Shown here: positions 1 to 9,545 of the stretch, piece by piece | How the letters are laid out: each line of letters starts with the position of its first letter | Numbering within the stretch: the first letter of the stretch is position 1 | NCBI GenBank assembly: GCA_024402135.1 | Contig: JAKSJN010000010.1 | Span: 6,074 to 70,073 of the forward strand | DNA: 64,000 nucleotides | Direction of reading: 5' to 3' | Source of the DNA: Bacteroidales bacterium | GTDB lineage: Bacteria; Bacteroidota; Bacteroidia; Bacteroidales; UBA932 | Made by a program: the position numbers and the translations under genes | Notes under the pieces: generated by a model | Told to the model about the DNA's origin: nothing | The model's database searches: none | What the model saw: only the letters and a program-made list of their open reading frames with translations

Positions 1-78
1 GGTCTGCTCGACCTCTGTGACAAAGCCTTCCTTGTATTCCTGTTTGATCAGGTCTTTGAGTTCTTCCTGTGCTGCCAT
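1..78 (-). CDS. sufB: 5' end of probable Fe-S cluster assembly protein SufB (runs off window start)
   Basis: Not in the ORF track. ATG at 78 overlaps the aroC stop (TAATG). Translation MAAQEELKDLIKQEYKEGFVTEVEQT resembles the Bacteroidetes SufB N-terminus (Y-K-x-G-F-x-T). Only 26 codons are visible. Confidence 0.55.
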   Translation of the reverse strand, partial: MAAQEELKDLIKQEYKEGFVTEVEQT

Positions 79-1046
79 TACTTGACGAGTTGATCGGCGA
101 GCACGAGGGCTGTCATGGCCTCAACAATAACTGGTGTACGCAGGGCGAAGCATACGTCATGTCTGCCCTTGACCTCCAGTGTGTCCATGCTGCCGTTCTT
201 GAAATTCCAGGTGCTCTGTGCCCTGGCTATGCTTGCGGTAGGCTTGACTGCGATGCGGAAAACAAGTTCCTCGCCGTTTGTAAGACCTCCATTGATACCG
301 CCGGCTCCATTCTTTGCAGGGCGACCGTCCACGTATGGGTCGTTATGCTCGGAACCCTTCATGCGGGATGCGGCAAAGCCGTCGCCGAACTCAACGCCGC
401 GGATTCCTGGAATGGAGAACATTGCGTGTGAGAGAAGAGACTCCATAGAGTCGAAGAAAGGACCGCCGAGGCCTACAGGGAGGCCGTTTGTACGGCATTC
501 AATGATGCCGCCAAGGGAGTCCCCCTCGGCTATGGTCCTGTTGAGGAGATCCTTCCAGTTTTCGCGGTTCGTCTCGCCTCCGATTTCGGTCAGTTCAGCC
601 TTGATCGAAATGTCACCGAGAATTTTCTTGGCAACTACGCCTGCTGCGACTACCGGGAGCGTGATGCGGCCGCTGAAATGACCTCCGCCGCGAGGATCGT
701 TGAAACCGTTCCACTTCACTGCTGCCACGCGGTCTGCATGACCTGGGCGTGGGAGATCCATGAACTGGCTGTAGTCTCCGGAACGGGTGTTGCCGTTACG
801 GAATATGATTGTGAGAGGGGTTCCTGTCGTGTGCCCGTTAAGGAGTCCGCTGAGGACCTCGGGTCTGTCAGCCTCCTTGCGCGGAGTCGTTCCGAGCGCT
901 CCCGATGCCCTGCGCGCGATATCTGCGTCGAAATCAGCCTCGTTCAGTTCAACGCCGGCAGGAACGCCGTCGATGATTACGCCGATGCCGGCTCCGTGTG
1001 ATTCGCCGAAGATGGAAACCCTTATGTTTCTTCCAAATGAATTCAT
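78..1046 (-). CDS. aroC: Chorismate synthase
   Basis: GESHG, RPGHAD, GGGHFSGR, GGINGG, KPTAS and GRHDVC signature motifs. Confidence 0.97.
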   Translation of the reverse strand: MNSFGRNIRVSIFGESHGAGIGVIIDGVPAGVELNEADFDADIARRASGALGTTPRKEADRPEVLSGLLNGHTTGTPLTIIFRNGNTRSGDYSQFMDLPRPGHADRVAAVKWNGFNDPRGGGHFSGRITLPVVAAGVVAKKILGDISIKAELTEIGGETNRENWKDLLNRTIAEGDSLGGIIECRTNGLPVGLGGPFFDSMESLLSHAMFSIPGIRGVEFGDGFAASRMKGSEHNDPYVDGRPAKNGAGGINGGLTNGEELVFRIAVKPTASIARAQSTWNFKNGSMDTLEVKGRHDVCFALRTPVIVEAMTALVLADQLVK

Positions 1047-3106
1047 GATTCAAAGATTGTCAGGAAGTCCGGGAAGGACTTGCATACACACTTCTCGTCG
1101 TCGATGACGATAGGACTGTCAGCACCAAGCGATGCCACCTTGAGCGCCATGACCATGCGGTGGTCATGGTATGAGGTGTATTCTCCGCCCTTGAGAAGCT
1201 TTCCGTTTGCGAGTCGCCAGCTGAGTGAGTGGCCCTCGATTACCATGTCGTCACCCTCGATGTGTGCTGGAACGCCCATCTGGGTTAGGGTGTTGACGAT
1301 TGCTGCGCCACGGTCTGACTCCTTGTTCGAGAGTCTGCCGGTACCGCCGATACGGCTGGTGCCTGGGCAGAAAGCAGCCAGGATCGCTGCGATAGGGAAC
1401 AGGTCAGGAGCATTGTTGAGGTCGAACTCGAACGCTTCGAGCGGTGCCTTTGCGACACAGACATTGCCGGTACGCGGAGCTACGCCGGCCAGGGTCGCTG
1501 CTTCTGCAACCGAGTCGATATAGTCGGTGTCGATCTGGGAGATGCTTGCTCCCGCCTCGACGAGCACGTCCATGATGGTGATGTCCGCCTGGAGCGACAT
1601 CATGTCAAGTCCTGTTATCTGGGCGCTGCCGAAGATGGCTCCTGCTACAAGGAAGTTCGCAGCGCTGCTCCAGTCGCCTTCAAGATCGATGTCCGCAGCC
1701 TTGTATTTCTGACCTCCAGGAATTTTGAAGGTCATGCCTGTGCAGAGTCCCCAGTCCTGGGTCTCGATCAGGTCTTCGCCTCCCTCCATCTCGCTGACGA
1801 TCTTGATTCCGAATTTGCGGAGAACGTCCTCTGTGATGAACATGTAAGGGATGCTCTTAGGCTCGCTGATATAGATGGTGCTCTGGACATCTGCCATAGG
1901 CAGTGCCATCAGCAGGCCTGAGATGAGCTGTGAACCGCCCTTGCCTGAAATGTCGGCCTTGCCAGGGATGAGCCTGCCGCTGACCTTTGCCGGAATATAA
2001 ACCTCCTTAGCATTTTTCTCGCGTGCCACTGCATTGGTAAGCACGACTCCAAAGGCCGCCATTATGTCGTTCGCGCCCTTGAGAGGACGGTTGACCAGAG
2101 TCTTTTCGCCTGTCACGACAATATCCTCGCCATTGAGCATTGCCATGAGAGGTATCATCAGTCGGGTCAGAAGGCCTGATTCGCCGGTGTGAAGCTCATT
2201 CATGCCGAATGGCTTGCATCCTGGACCGACAGGACCGATGCCCTTGATGACCAGAACCTCGTCTTCGATGACTTCCGCACCCAGTGCACGGGCTACGCGG
2301 ACAGCGGACTCGGTGTCGGCGCAAGGAGAGTATCCTTTCAGTCTTGAAGTGCCCTCTGCGAGTGCTGCAGCGATGATCGCACGCTGTGCATAGCTCTTAG
2401 AAGCAGGCATGCGTACCTCGCCGAGATGGAAATCCTGAGATCCGCTGTACAGTGCCTTTACCATGTCGGCGGTCGCCCACTGGCCAGGAGCTGCGGCCTC
2501 GCTTTCGTCAAGAGCGGCGTAAGTATAGGGCGCGCCCATCTTGAGGGCGAGCATGCGGCTCTCACGGCCCTTTTCACCCATGCAGAATGCGATGAGCTGT
2601 CCTTCAGGTGCAAGGCTGTAGAGTGCCATGACTTTCTCGACATCGCCATCATTGACGGCTGTCGTCACTATCTTGGTCAGATCGGCGCCGTATTGACGGC
2701 AGCGCTCGAGCTCCTCGGCTACATTGTCCGAGGTTCCGTTGAAATCGTGGAATGAGCGGATGAATATGGTACCGTTGAGCTTCGCAATGCGACGAAGTCT
2801 CTTTCCCATCGCAGCCGGGGCCTCGGTCTCGAGATCCATGTATTTGGCACCTGCCTCGATGGCAATCTTAAGCTTTTTCTCTGCAATGGATACGGCCTCA
2901 CGTTCAGTCGACACCGATGCCCTGATATCAGAGATACGGCAGGTCGCGACCAGAGGAATGTCGGTGGTCGAAAAAACGGTTTCTATGTCTTCTTCGCTGA
3001 GCTCTGGACAGCGGTCCAGGCGGATTTCCGCCATCTCAATTTCACCGCTGTCCAGGAGAGCCTGGATTTCGTCCAGGTTTCTGTTCTGGATTGTCGTACA
3101 AATCAT
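1043..3106 (-). CDS. aroD-aroA: Bifunctional type I 3-dehydroquinate dehydratase (N-terminal ~220 aa) / EPSP synthase fusion
   Basis: N-terminal AEIRLD, SFHDF, DLTKIV, FCMGEKG, AAPGQ (type I DHQase). C-terminal PASKSYAQR, GESG, SQLISGLL, KESDR, DHRMVM (EPSPS). One uninterrupted 687-aa ORF. Confidence 0.92.
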   Translation of the reverse strand: MICTTIQNRNLDEIQALLDSGEIEMAEIRLDRCPELSEEDIETVFSTTDIPLVATCRISDIRASVSTEREAVSIAEKKLKIAIEAGAKYMDLETEAPAAMGKRLRRIAKLNGTIFIRSFHDFNGTSDNVAEELERCRQYGADLTKIVTTAVNDGDVEKVMALYSLAPEGQLIAFCMGEKGRESRMLALKMGAPYTYAALDESEAAAPGQWATADMVKALYSGSQDFHLGEVRMPASKSYAQRAIIAAALAEGTSRLKGYSPCADTESAVRVARALGAEVIEDEVLVIKGIGPVGPGCKPFGMNELHTGESGLLTRLMIPLMAMLNGEDIVVTGEKTLVNRPLKGANDIMAAFGVVLTNAVAREKNAKEVYIPAKVSGRLIPGKADISGKGGSQLISGLLMALPMADVQSTIYISEPKSIPYMFITEDVLRKFGIKIVSEMEGGEDLIETQDWGLCTGMTFKIPGGQKYKAADIDLEGDWSSAANFLVAGAIFGSAQITGLDMMSLQADITIMDVLVEAGASISQIDTDYIDSVAEAATLAGVAPRTGNVCVAKAPLEAFEFDLNNAPDLFPIAAILAAFCPGTSRIGGTGRLSNKESDRGAAIVNTLTQMGVPAHIEGDDMVIEGHSLSWRLANGKLLKGGEYTSYHDHRMVMALKVASLGADSPIVIDDEKCVCKSFPDFLTIFES

Positions 3107-3130
3107 GAGGCGAAATTAGTAAAAAAAAGC

Positions 3131-3634
3131 CTATTCTCCGCTTCCGGAGAAGCTGGAGCTGTCCCTAGGCGCATCCTTGACCCATACCTGGCGCTCGAAC
3201 GCTTCGTTAAGGGAAATCATGGTGTCGGTCGACTGGATGTTAGGAATCTTCTGGATGGTGTTAAGGAGAATATCCATAAGATGGTCATTGTCATAGCAGT
3301 AGAGCTTCAGCAGGAGCGAAGCCTTTCCGGTTACGAAATGACACTCTACAATCTCTGGAATGTGCTTCAGGCTTGCAATCACCTCTGGATACTTGTTTGC
3401 TTCCGAAAGTGAGACGCTGATGAAGGCACATACATTCAGACCTATGGCCTGCGGCTTTACAAGCAGACGGGACCCGCTGATTACTCCATTGAGTTCCAGC
3501 TTCTTCACTCTCTGGTGGATTGCAGCTCCTGAGACTCCGCACTCGCGGGCGATCTCCAGAAATGGCATTCTGGCATTGTTGACAAGGAAAGAAAGAATCT
3601 TTCTGTCAATTGCGTCAAGGTTGTACTGTGTCAT
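3131..3634 (-). CDS. asnC: Lrp/AsnC family transcriptional regulator
   Basis: LDAIDRKIL...NARMPFLEIARECGVSGAAIHQRVKKLE HTH followed by an AsnC ligand-binding domain. Confidence 0.9.
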   Translation of the reverse strand: MTQYNLDAIDRKILSFLVNNARMPFLEIARECGVSGAAIHQRVKKLELNGVISGSRLLVKPQAIGLNVCAFISVSLSEANKYPEVIASLKHIPEIVECHFVTGKASLLLKLYCYDNDHLMDILLNTIQKIPNIQSTDTMISLNEAFERQVWVKDAPRDSSSFSGSGE

Positions 3635-3665
3635 ATAGGTTATGATTTAAAAGCAATTGGGACGG

Positions 3666-3673
3666 CAAATATA
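3666..3673 (-). promoter_or_regulatory. Bacteroidetes -7 promoter box (TATATTTG) for asnC
   Basis: Exact match to TAnnTTTG about 30 nt upstream of the start. Confidence 0.65.
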
Positions 3674-3733
3674 CGGATTTTCTCCATTTTTGCCATCCCT
3701 TGCTTTCTAAATCTGCTGATTTACTGACGATTG

Positions 3734-6043
3734 TTAGGATCTCCTTGCTCGGGAGCCTCTTCTTGAAGTCGGTTGCGAATTGTTAATGATGTCCTGACAT
3801 GCCGCCTCATCAAGCGCAGTGGTCTCTGTTCCCTTTGGAATCTTGTAGTTCGAACCGTTGAACTTGATGTATGGACCATATCGTCCGTTGAGCAGCTGGA
3901 TACCGCTCGGGAACTCGGCGATGACGTCATTCACCGGCTTCTCGGCTACCGCATTGATGATCTTCACACATTCTTCGAGGCTTATTGAAAGTGGATCGGA
4001 GCCCTTTGGAAGAGAGAAATTGCTGCCGTTGAACTTGATGTACGGTCCGAAACGTCCCTTGAGGACAACTATATCGGCGTTGTCAAGCTGTCCGACGGTG
4101 CGTGGAAGCTGGAAAAGCTTTACAGCCTCTTCGAGGGTGATTGCCTCGAGCAGCTGATTCTTGAGCAGGCTTGCAAACTGGCGGTCGTCGCCTTCGCCTT
4201 TCTGGACGTACGGGCCATACTGGCCACGTTTGGCGATGATCATCTTGCCGTCTGACGGGTCGATGCCGACCTCCCTTGTATAGTCGACGAACTCCCTGTC
4301 CTTGAGGACTTCGTCCACCTTGCTGTGGAATGGTCCGTAGAAGCGGCCGATGTACTCGTTCCAGATTGTGTTACCTTCCGCGATGTCATCGAATTCCTTC
4401 TCGACATTGGCAGTGAATTCATAGTCCATGATGTCGCTGAAATTGCCGCAGAGATAGTCGCATACCTGCATGCCTGAATCCTGAGGGAGCAGCTTGCCTC
4501 TTTCGTTGCCATAGGTCTCGACCTTTGAAGACTCGCTTATGACGCTGCCCTTCAGTGTCAGGTTGACAACCTCGGCCTCAACGCCCTTGTGGTCTCCCTT
4601 GAAGATATATTCGCGTGTCATCAGGGTGCTGATGGTAGGAGCGTAGGTTGACGGACGTCCGATTCCGAGTTCTTCGAGCTTCTTCACGAGTGTGGCCTCG
4701 GAAAAGCGCGGTGGAGCCTGGGTGTACTTGCACTCTGCGCCGATGGTCTTTGCCTCCATGACAGCACCGACCATGGTCTCGGGAAGCATTGCCTCCTCGC
4801 TCTCATCGTTCTCGTCATCGATTCCTTCTGCGTAAACCTTGAGGAATCCGTCAAAGAGTATGGTTGTGGCCTGGGCGCTGAACTTCTCGCTTCTGCGGTC
4901 GTTGCCGATGCGTACGGTGGTGTTCATGACCTTGGCATCCTCCATCTGTGAAGCGACGGTGCGCTTCCAGATAAGGTTGTAGAGTTTCTTCTCCTGGGTG
5001 GTTCCGTCTATGTCGGTGTTGGCAATGAATGTAGGACGGATTGCCTCATGAGCCTCCTGTGCACCCTTGCTGGTGGTACGGAACTGGCGGGTATGTGAAT
5101 ATTCGCTACCGTAGGTTTCCGTGATATATTCCTTTGCTGTGCCAAGCGCAAGGTTGGACAGGTTTGTCGAGTCTGTTCTCATGTAGGTGATGAGACCTCG
5201 TTCATACAGTCCCTGGGCTATGCGCATTGTTGAGCTAACCGACATGTGGAGCTTGCGTGCAGCTTCCTGCTGCAGTGTCGAGGTGGTGAAAGGAGGAGCC
5301 GGATGGCGGGTGCCGTCTGTACTGTCCACGCTGTCCACGCTGAATGAAGCTCCTATGCAGTCATTGAGGAATGCACGTGCCTCCTCTATGCCGTTGAAAC
5401 GGTTGTCCAGACGGGCCTTAAGCTTTACTGCTGCCTCGGTTCCCTGTGGATGGAATATTGCCTGGATACGGTAGAAAGGCTCGGCATTGAAGGCATTGAT
5501 CTCTCTCTCGCGGTCAACGACAAGTCTCAGGGCTACACTCTGGACGCGGCCGGCTGAAAGACCTCTCTTGACCTTGCGCCAGAGTACAGGCGAAAGCTCG
5601 AAACCTACAAGTCTGTCGAGCACACGTCTTGCCTGCTGGGCGTTGACGAGATTCATGTCGATGGTCCTGGGGTTTTCGATAGCCTTCTGGATGGCTGTCT
5701 TCGTGATTTCATGGAAGACGATGCGCTTGGTCTTCTCGGGATTGATGTCAAGGGCCTCGACGAGATGCCATGAGATGGCCTCTCCCTCGCGGTCCTCATC
5801 GGATGCAAGCCATACGGTCTCCGAACTCTTGGCGGCTTTCTTGAGCTCGCTTACGAGTTTCTTCTTGTCGTCCGATATAACGTACTCGGGTATGAACCCG
5901 TGCTCTGTGTCTATGCTGAGTTTCTTTTCCTGGAGATCTCTGATGTGTCCGTGGCTCGATTTTACCACGAAACCGTCTCCGAGGAACTTCTGGATTGTCT
6001 TGGCCTTGGCCGGAGACTCCACGATGACTAAATTCCCCTCCAT
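3734..6043 (-). CDS. topA: DNA topoisomerase I with C-terminal GxxGPY repeats
   Basis: LVIVESPAKAKTI, ASDEDREGEAI, SAGRVQS, LITYMRTDS (catalytic Tyr), AHEAIRPT; three GR/QY/FGPY repeats. Confidence 0.97.
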   Translation of the reverse strand: MEGNLVIVESPAKAKTIQKFLGDGFVVKSSHGHIRDLQEKKLSIDTEHGFIPEYVISDDKKKLVSELKKAAKSSETVWLASDEDREGEAISWHLVEALDINPEKTKRIVFHEITKTAIQKAIENPRTIDMNLVNAQQARRVLDRLVGFELSPVLWRKVKRGLSAGRVQSVALRLVVDREREINAFNAEPFYRIQAIFHPQGTEAAVKLKARLDNRFNGIEEARAFLNDCIGASFSVDSVDSTDGTRHPAPPFTTSTLQQEAARKLHMSVSSTMRIAQGLYERGLITYMRTDSTNLSNLALGTAKEYITETYGSEYSHTRQFRTTSKGAQEAHEAIRPTFIANTDIDGTTQEKKLYNLIWKRTVASQMEDAKVMNTTVRIGNDRRSEKFSAQATTILFDGFLKVYAEGIDDENDESEEAMLPETMVGAVMEAKTIGAECKYTQAPPRFSEATLVKKLEELGIGRPSTYAPTISTLMTREYIFKGDHKGVEAEVVNLTLKGSVISESSKVETYGNERGKLLPQDSGMQVCDYLCGNFSDIMDYEFTANVEKEFDDIAEGNTIWNEYIGRFYGPFHSKVDEVLKDREFVDYTREVGIDPSDGKMIIAKRGQYGPYVQKGEGDDRQFASLLKNQLLEAITLEEAVKLFQLPRTVGQLDNADIVVLKGRFGPYIKFNGSNFSLPKGSDPLSISLEECVKIINAVAEKPVNDVIAEFPSGIQLLNGRYGPYIKFNGSNYKIPKGTETTALDEAACQDIINNSQPTSRRGSRARRS

Positions 6044-6168
6044 GCGTTCAAAATTTGAATTTATGGTGCAAAGAAAACATCAAACCCGGCAATTATCCAA
6101 ACATTTTCGGTAATTTTGCGAGGTTTATACCTTTATTAAAAAGACCTCAACATAGTTGAGAAAAATAT

Positions 6169-8526
6169 ATGAAAGAGACTACGAAAAACAAGTTAGGAAA
6201 GATTTTCTGGATACTCGTCACCGCACCGGTGGCATTGATCATGATACTCCTCGTGCTGGTATGGCTTTTCGCCGAGATCCCTTCTTTCGAGGAACTTGAG
6301 AACCCTGACAGCAAGCTCGCTACCCAGGTCATCGCCGAGGATGGCGAGACCCTTGCGACCTTCCATATCGAGAACCGTACCTTCGCGTCATACGATGAAC
6401 TTTCGGAGCATCTCGTACATGCCGCTGTGGCAACCGAGGACCAGCGCTTCTACAGCCATTCAGGCATCGACATGCGTGGCCTTGCCCGCGTTGCCGTGAA
6501 GACCCTGCTCATGCGGGATTCCAGCCAGGGAGGTGGAAGTACCATCACCCAGCAGCTCGCAAAGACGCTCTATCCACGCCGAGAGGTAAACAGCAGGATT
6601 CCGGGCATGTCAAAGGTCGTGATGGTCTGGACCAAGCTGAAGGAGTGGATTACTGCCGTCAAGCTCGAGAGGAACTATACCAAGGACGAGATCATGAACA
6701 TGTATCTCAACTCCATCTTCTACGGTGGAGGCGCCTTCGGTGTGAAATCGGCTTCCGAAACCTTCTTCGCCAAACTGCCGGGCGAGCTTACCGTCGAGGA
6801 AGCTGCCATGCTGGTCGGAATGGTCAACAAGCCGACCCGCTACAATCCTGCCATCAATCCGGACAAGGCGCTGACACGCCGCAATTTCGTCATTGGCAAG
6901 ATGGCCCGCGCGGGCTATATCACCAAGGCGGAGCGTGACTCCATCCAGGCAATCCCGATAACTCTCCAGTATCAGGTTCAGGATCACAACGCCGGACATG
7001 CTCCATACTTCAGGGACATGCTCCGCAGGACAATGAACGCCCAGAAACCGAAGCGCTCATCATACCAGAACCGTGAGGACTACTCGGCGGACTCGCTCGC
7101 ATGGGCTACGGATGACCTTTACGGATGGCTGAACAAGAACAAGAAGGCTGACGGAAGCAGCTACGATCTTGACCGTGACGGTCTCCGCATCTATACCACC
7201 ATCAACTACAAGATGCAGCAGTATGCCGAAGAGGCCGTTGCCGAGCATCTGGGAAAGAACCTCCAGAAGAGTTTCGAGAATGATCTCCGCCGCAAGCCGA
7301 ACCGTCCGTTCTCGAATGATGTCGACGAGGATACCCGCAACCGCCTCATGTCCCAGGCACGCCGCTGGAGTGACCGCTACCGCATGATGAAGAATGGTGG
7401 AGCCTCCGAGTCGGAGATTCTCAAGAGTTTCAAGGAGCCGACCAAGATGCGTATCTTCTCATGGGATGGAAAGGGTTACATCGATACCCTCATGACACCG
7501 GACGACTCGATCAAATACTACAAGTCAATCCTCCGCGCCGCTTTCATGGCCATCGAGCCTGGCAGCGGCCATATCAAGGCATACGTCGGCGGACCGAACT
7601 ACCGATACTTCAAGTATGACAATGTCCGTCAGGGCAAGCGTCAGGTGGGCTCGACAATCAAGCCATATCTTTACACCCTTGCGATGCAGTCCGGCATGAG
7701 CCCTTGCACCCAGGTTGTGAACGTTCCTCAGTCATTCATCGTCGGCGAGGACGTATGGACTCCGCGAAGCACCGACAAGGCTGAGTACATCGGCCGTACC
7801 GTGACCCTCAAGTGGGGCCTGGCAAACAGTTCGAACAATATCTCCGCATACCTCATGTCCCAGCTCGGACCGGAAGCAATGCTCGGAATGATGCGCGCCA
7901 TGGGAATCAGCAGCTATGTCGATGCTGTTCCTGCCCTCTGTGTGGGCTCGGCTGACATTTCCGTTTACGAGATGGTATCGGCATACAACACCTTCCCTTC
8001 AAAGGGCGTATATGTAACCCCTATGTTCGTGACCCGTATCGAGGATAACCAGGGCAACGTGATCTCGGAGTTTACCAACCGCAAGCGTGAGGCGATCAGC
8101 GAAGAGACAGCATACCTCATGGCGAATCTCATGCAGGGCGTTGTCAATGCAGGAACAGGCTCCCGCCTTCGCGGCACATATGCTCTCCGCGGCGAGATCG
8201 CCGGCAAGACAGGAACCACCAACGACAACTCGGATGGCTGGTTCATCGGCTATACACCATCCCTCACAGCAGGTATCTGGGTAGGTGCCGAGGACCGTCA
8301 GGTACATTTCCAGTCTCTTGCCCTCGGTGGAGGATCCAACATGGCCCTTCCTATCTGGGGTATCTTCATGAAGAAGGTTCTCAAGGACGGCACTCTGGGC
8401 ATCAGCGAGAGTGACAAGTTCCAGGCCCCCGCCGGCATGGTGCTCGATCTGAGCTGCAGCGGTGGTGACGAGGATGCTGCCATGAAGAAGGCTGCCGCAG
8501 AGGAGGAAGAGTATTTCGATTTCTAG
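6169..8526 (+). CDS. Class A penicillin-binding protein (transglycosylase/transpeptidase, PBP1A)
   Basis: N-terminal TM; EDQRFYSHSGID, GGSTITQQLAK, RNYTKDEIMNMYLN; GSTIKP (SxxK), SSN, GKTGT. Confidence 0.95.
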   Translation: MKETTKNKLGKIFWILVTAPVALIMILLVLVWLFAEIPSFEELENPDSKLATQVIAEDGETLATFHIENRTFASYDELSEHLVHAAVATEDQRFYSHSGIDMRGLARVAVKTLLMRDSSQGGGSTITQQLAKTLYPRREVNSRIPGMSKVVMVWTKLKEWITAVKLERNYTKDEIMNMYLNSIFYGGGAFGVKSASETFFAKLPGELTVEEAAMLVGMVNKPTRYNPAINPDKALTRRNFVIGKMARAGYITKAERDSIQAIPITLQYQVQDHNAGHAPYFRDMLRRTMNAQKPKRSSYQNREDYSADSLAWATDDLYGWLNKNKKADGSSYDLDRDGLRIYTTINYKMQQYAEEAVAEHLGKNLQKSFENDLRRKPNRPFSNDVDEDTRNRLMSQARRWSDRYRMMKNGGASESEILKSFKEPTKMRIFSWDGKGYIDTLMTPDDSIKYYKSILRAAFMAIEPGSGHIKAYVGGPNYRYFKYDNVRQGKRQVGSTIKPYLYTLAMQSGMSPCTQVVNVPQSFIVGEDVWTPRSTDKAEYIGRTVTLKWGLANSSNNISAYLMSQLGPEAMLGMMRAMGISSYVDAVPALCVGSADISVYEMVSAYNTFPSKGVYVTPMFVTRIEDNQGNVISEFTNRKREAISEETAYLMANLMQGVVNAGTGSRLRGTYALRGEIAGKTGTTNDNSDGWFIGYTPSLTAGIWVGAEDRQVHFQSLALGGGSNMALPIWGIFMKKVLKDGTLGISESDKFQAPAGMVLDLSCSGGDEDAAMKKAAAEEEEYFDF

Positions 8527-8531
8527 AAACT

Positions 8532-9542
8532 ATGAGCAACTACAAAAGTATAGCGGTTATCTACGGCAGTGATTCCTCTGAATGGGAGGTCGCATGCCGA
8601 AGCGGAGAGTTCACCGCCTCCCGCATTGACGAGAAATATGACGTCTACGAGATTCTTGCCCGTTTCGGCAAGTGGTCGGTAGTGGCAGTGCGAAAGAGCA
8701 ATTCCATGAGAGTGACCTTCCCCGAAGGATCGCAGCCGGAGATTGACAAGACCGACTTCTCTGTCAGCATTCTCGGCGAGAAGGTGAAGTTCGACTACGC
8801 TTATATAATGCAGCATGGCCGTCCAGGCGAGAATGGTCTTCTTCAGGGCTATCTTGAGATGATAGGGGTCCCATACAGCAGCTGCAACGCCTTTGTTTCT
8901 GCTGTGACCTTCGACAAGTTCTCCTGCAAGACATACCTCCGTGACGTTGATTTCATCAGCTGTGCTCCTGACCTGTTTGTCCGTCTGGGAGCGGATCTCA
9001 AGGAGGTTGCGGCAAAAGTCAGCGCCAACCTGCAGTATCCGGTGTTCGTCAAGCCTACGGATTCGGGTTCAAGTTTTGGAATCACCAAGGTCAAATGTGA
9101 GGAGGAACTCGAGTCGGCGATCAACTGTGCGTATCGCGAGAGCTCTACAGTTCTCATCGAGCAGGGCGTTACGGGCCGTGAGCTTACCTGTGCAGCATAC
9201 ATCGACGGAGACGAGGTGAAGACTCTCCCTATCATCGAGATTGTGACCAGCAACGAGTACTTCGACTACGACGCCAAGTACAACGGAAACAGCCAGGAAA
9301 TCTGTCCGGCACCTGTCAGCGAAGAAGAGAAGGCGCATATCCAGGATACCACGGCGCGGATTTACCGTCAGCTCGGCTGCAAGGGCCTTGTACGTGTCGA
9401 CTATATCATGGGCGACAAGCTCTGGTTCCTTGAGGTCAACACCATTCCTGGAATGACCAGTGCATCACTTGTTCCAAAGATGGTACGTACTGCCGGAATG
9501 GACATGACAGAATTCCTCAATATCATCATCGAAAATTCATAG
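8532..9542 (+). CDS. ddl: D-alanine--D-alanine ligase
   Basis: YGSDSSEWEV, HGRPGENG, PVFVKP..SGSSFG, FDYDAKY omega loop, LEVNTIPGMT. Confidence 0.95.
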   Translation: MSNYKSIAVIYGSDSSEWEVACRSGEFTASRIDEKYDVYEILARFGKWSVVAVRKSNSMRVTFPEGSQPEIDKTDFSVSILGEKVKFDYAYIMQHGRPGENGLLQGYLEMIGVPYSSCNAFVSAVTFDKFSCKTYLRDVDFISCAPDLFVRLGADLKEVAAKVSANLQYPVFVKPTDSGSSFGITKVKCEEELESAINCAYRESSTVLIEQGVTGRELTCAAYIDGDEVKTLPIIEIVTSNEYFDYDAKYNGNSQEICPAPVSEEEKAHIQDTTARIYRQLGCKGLVRVDYIMGDKLWFLEVNTIPGMTSASLVPKMVRTAGMDMTEFLNIIIENS

Positions 9543-9545
9543 CCG

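Noticed and set aside
8532-9542. Possible VanA-like D-Ala-D-Lac ligase
   Set aside because: The omega loop reads FDYDAKY (Tyr type), the context is housekeeping, and no van genes are present
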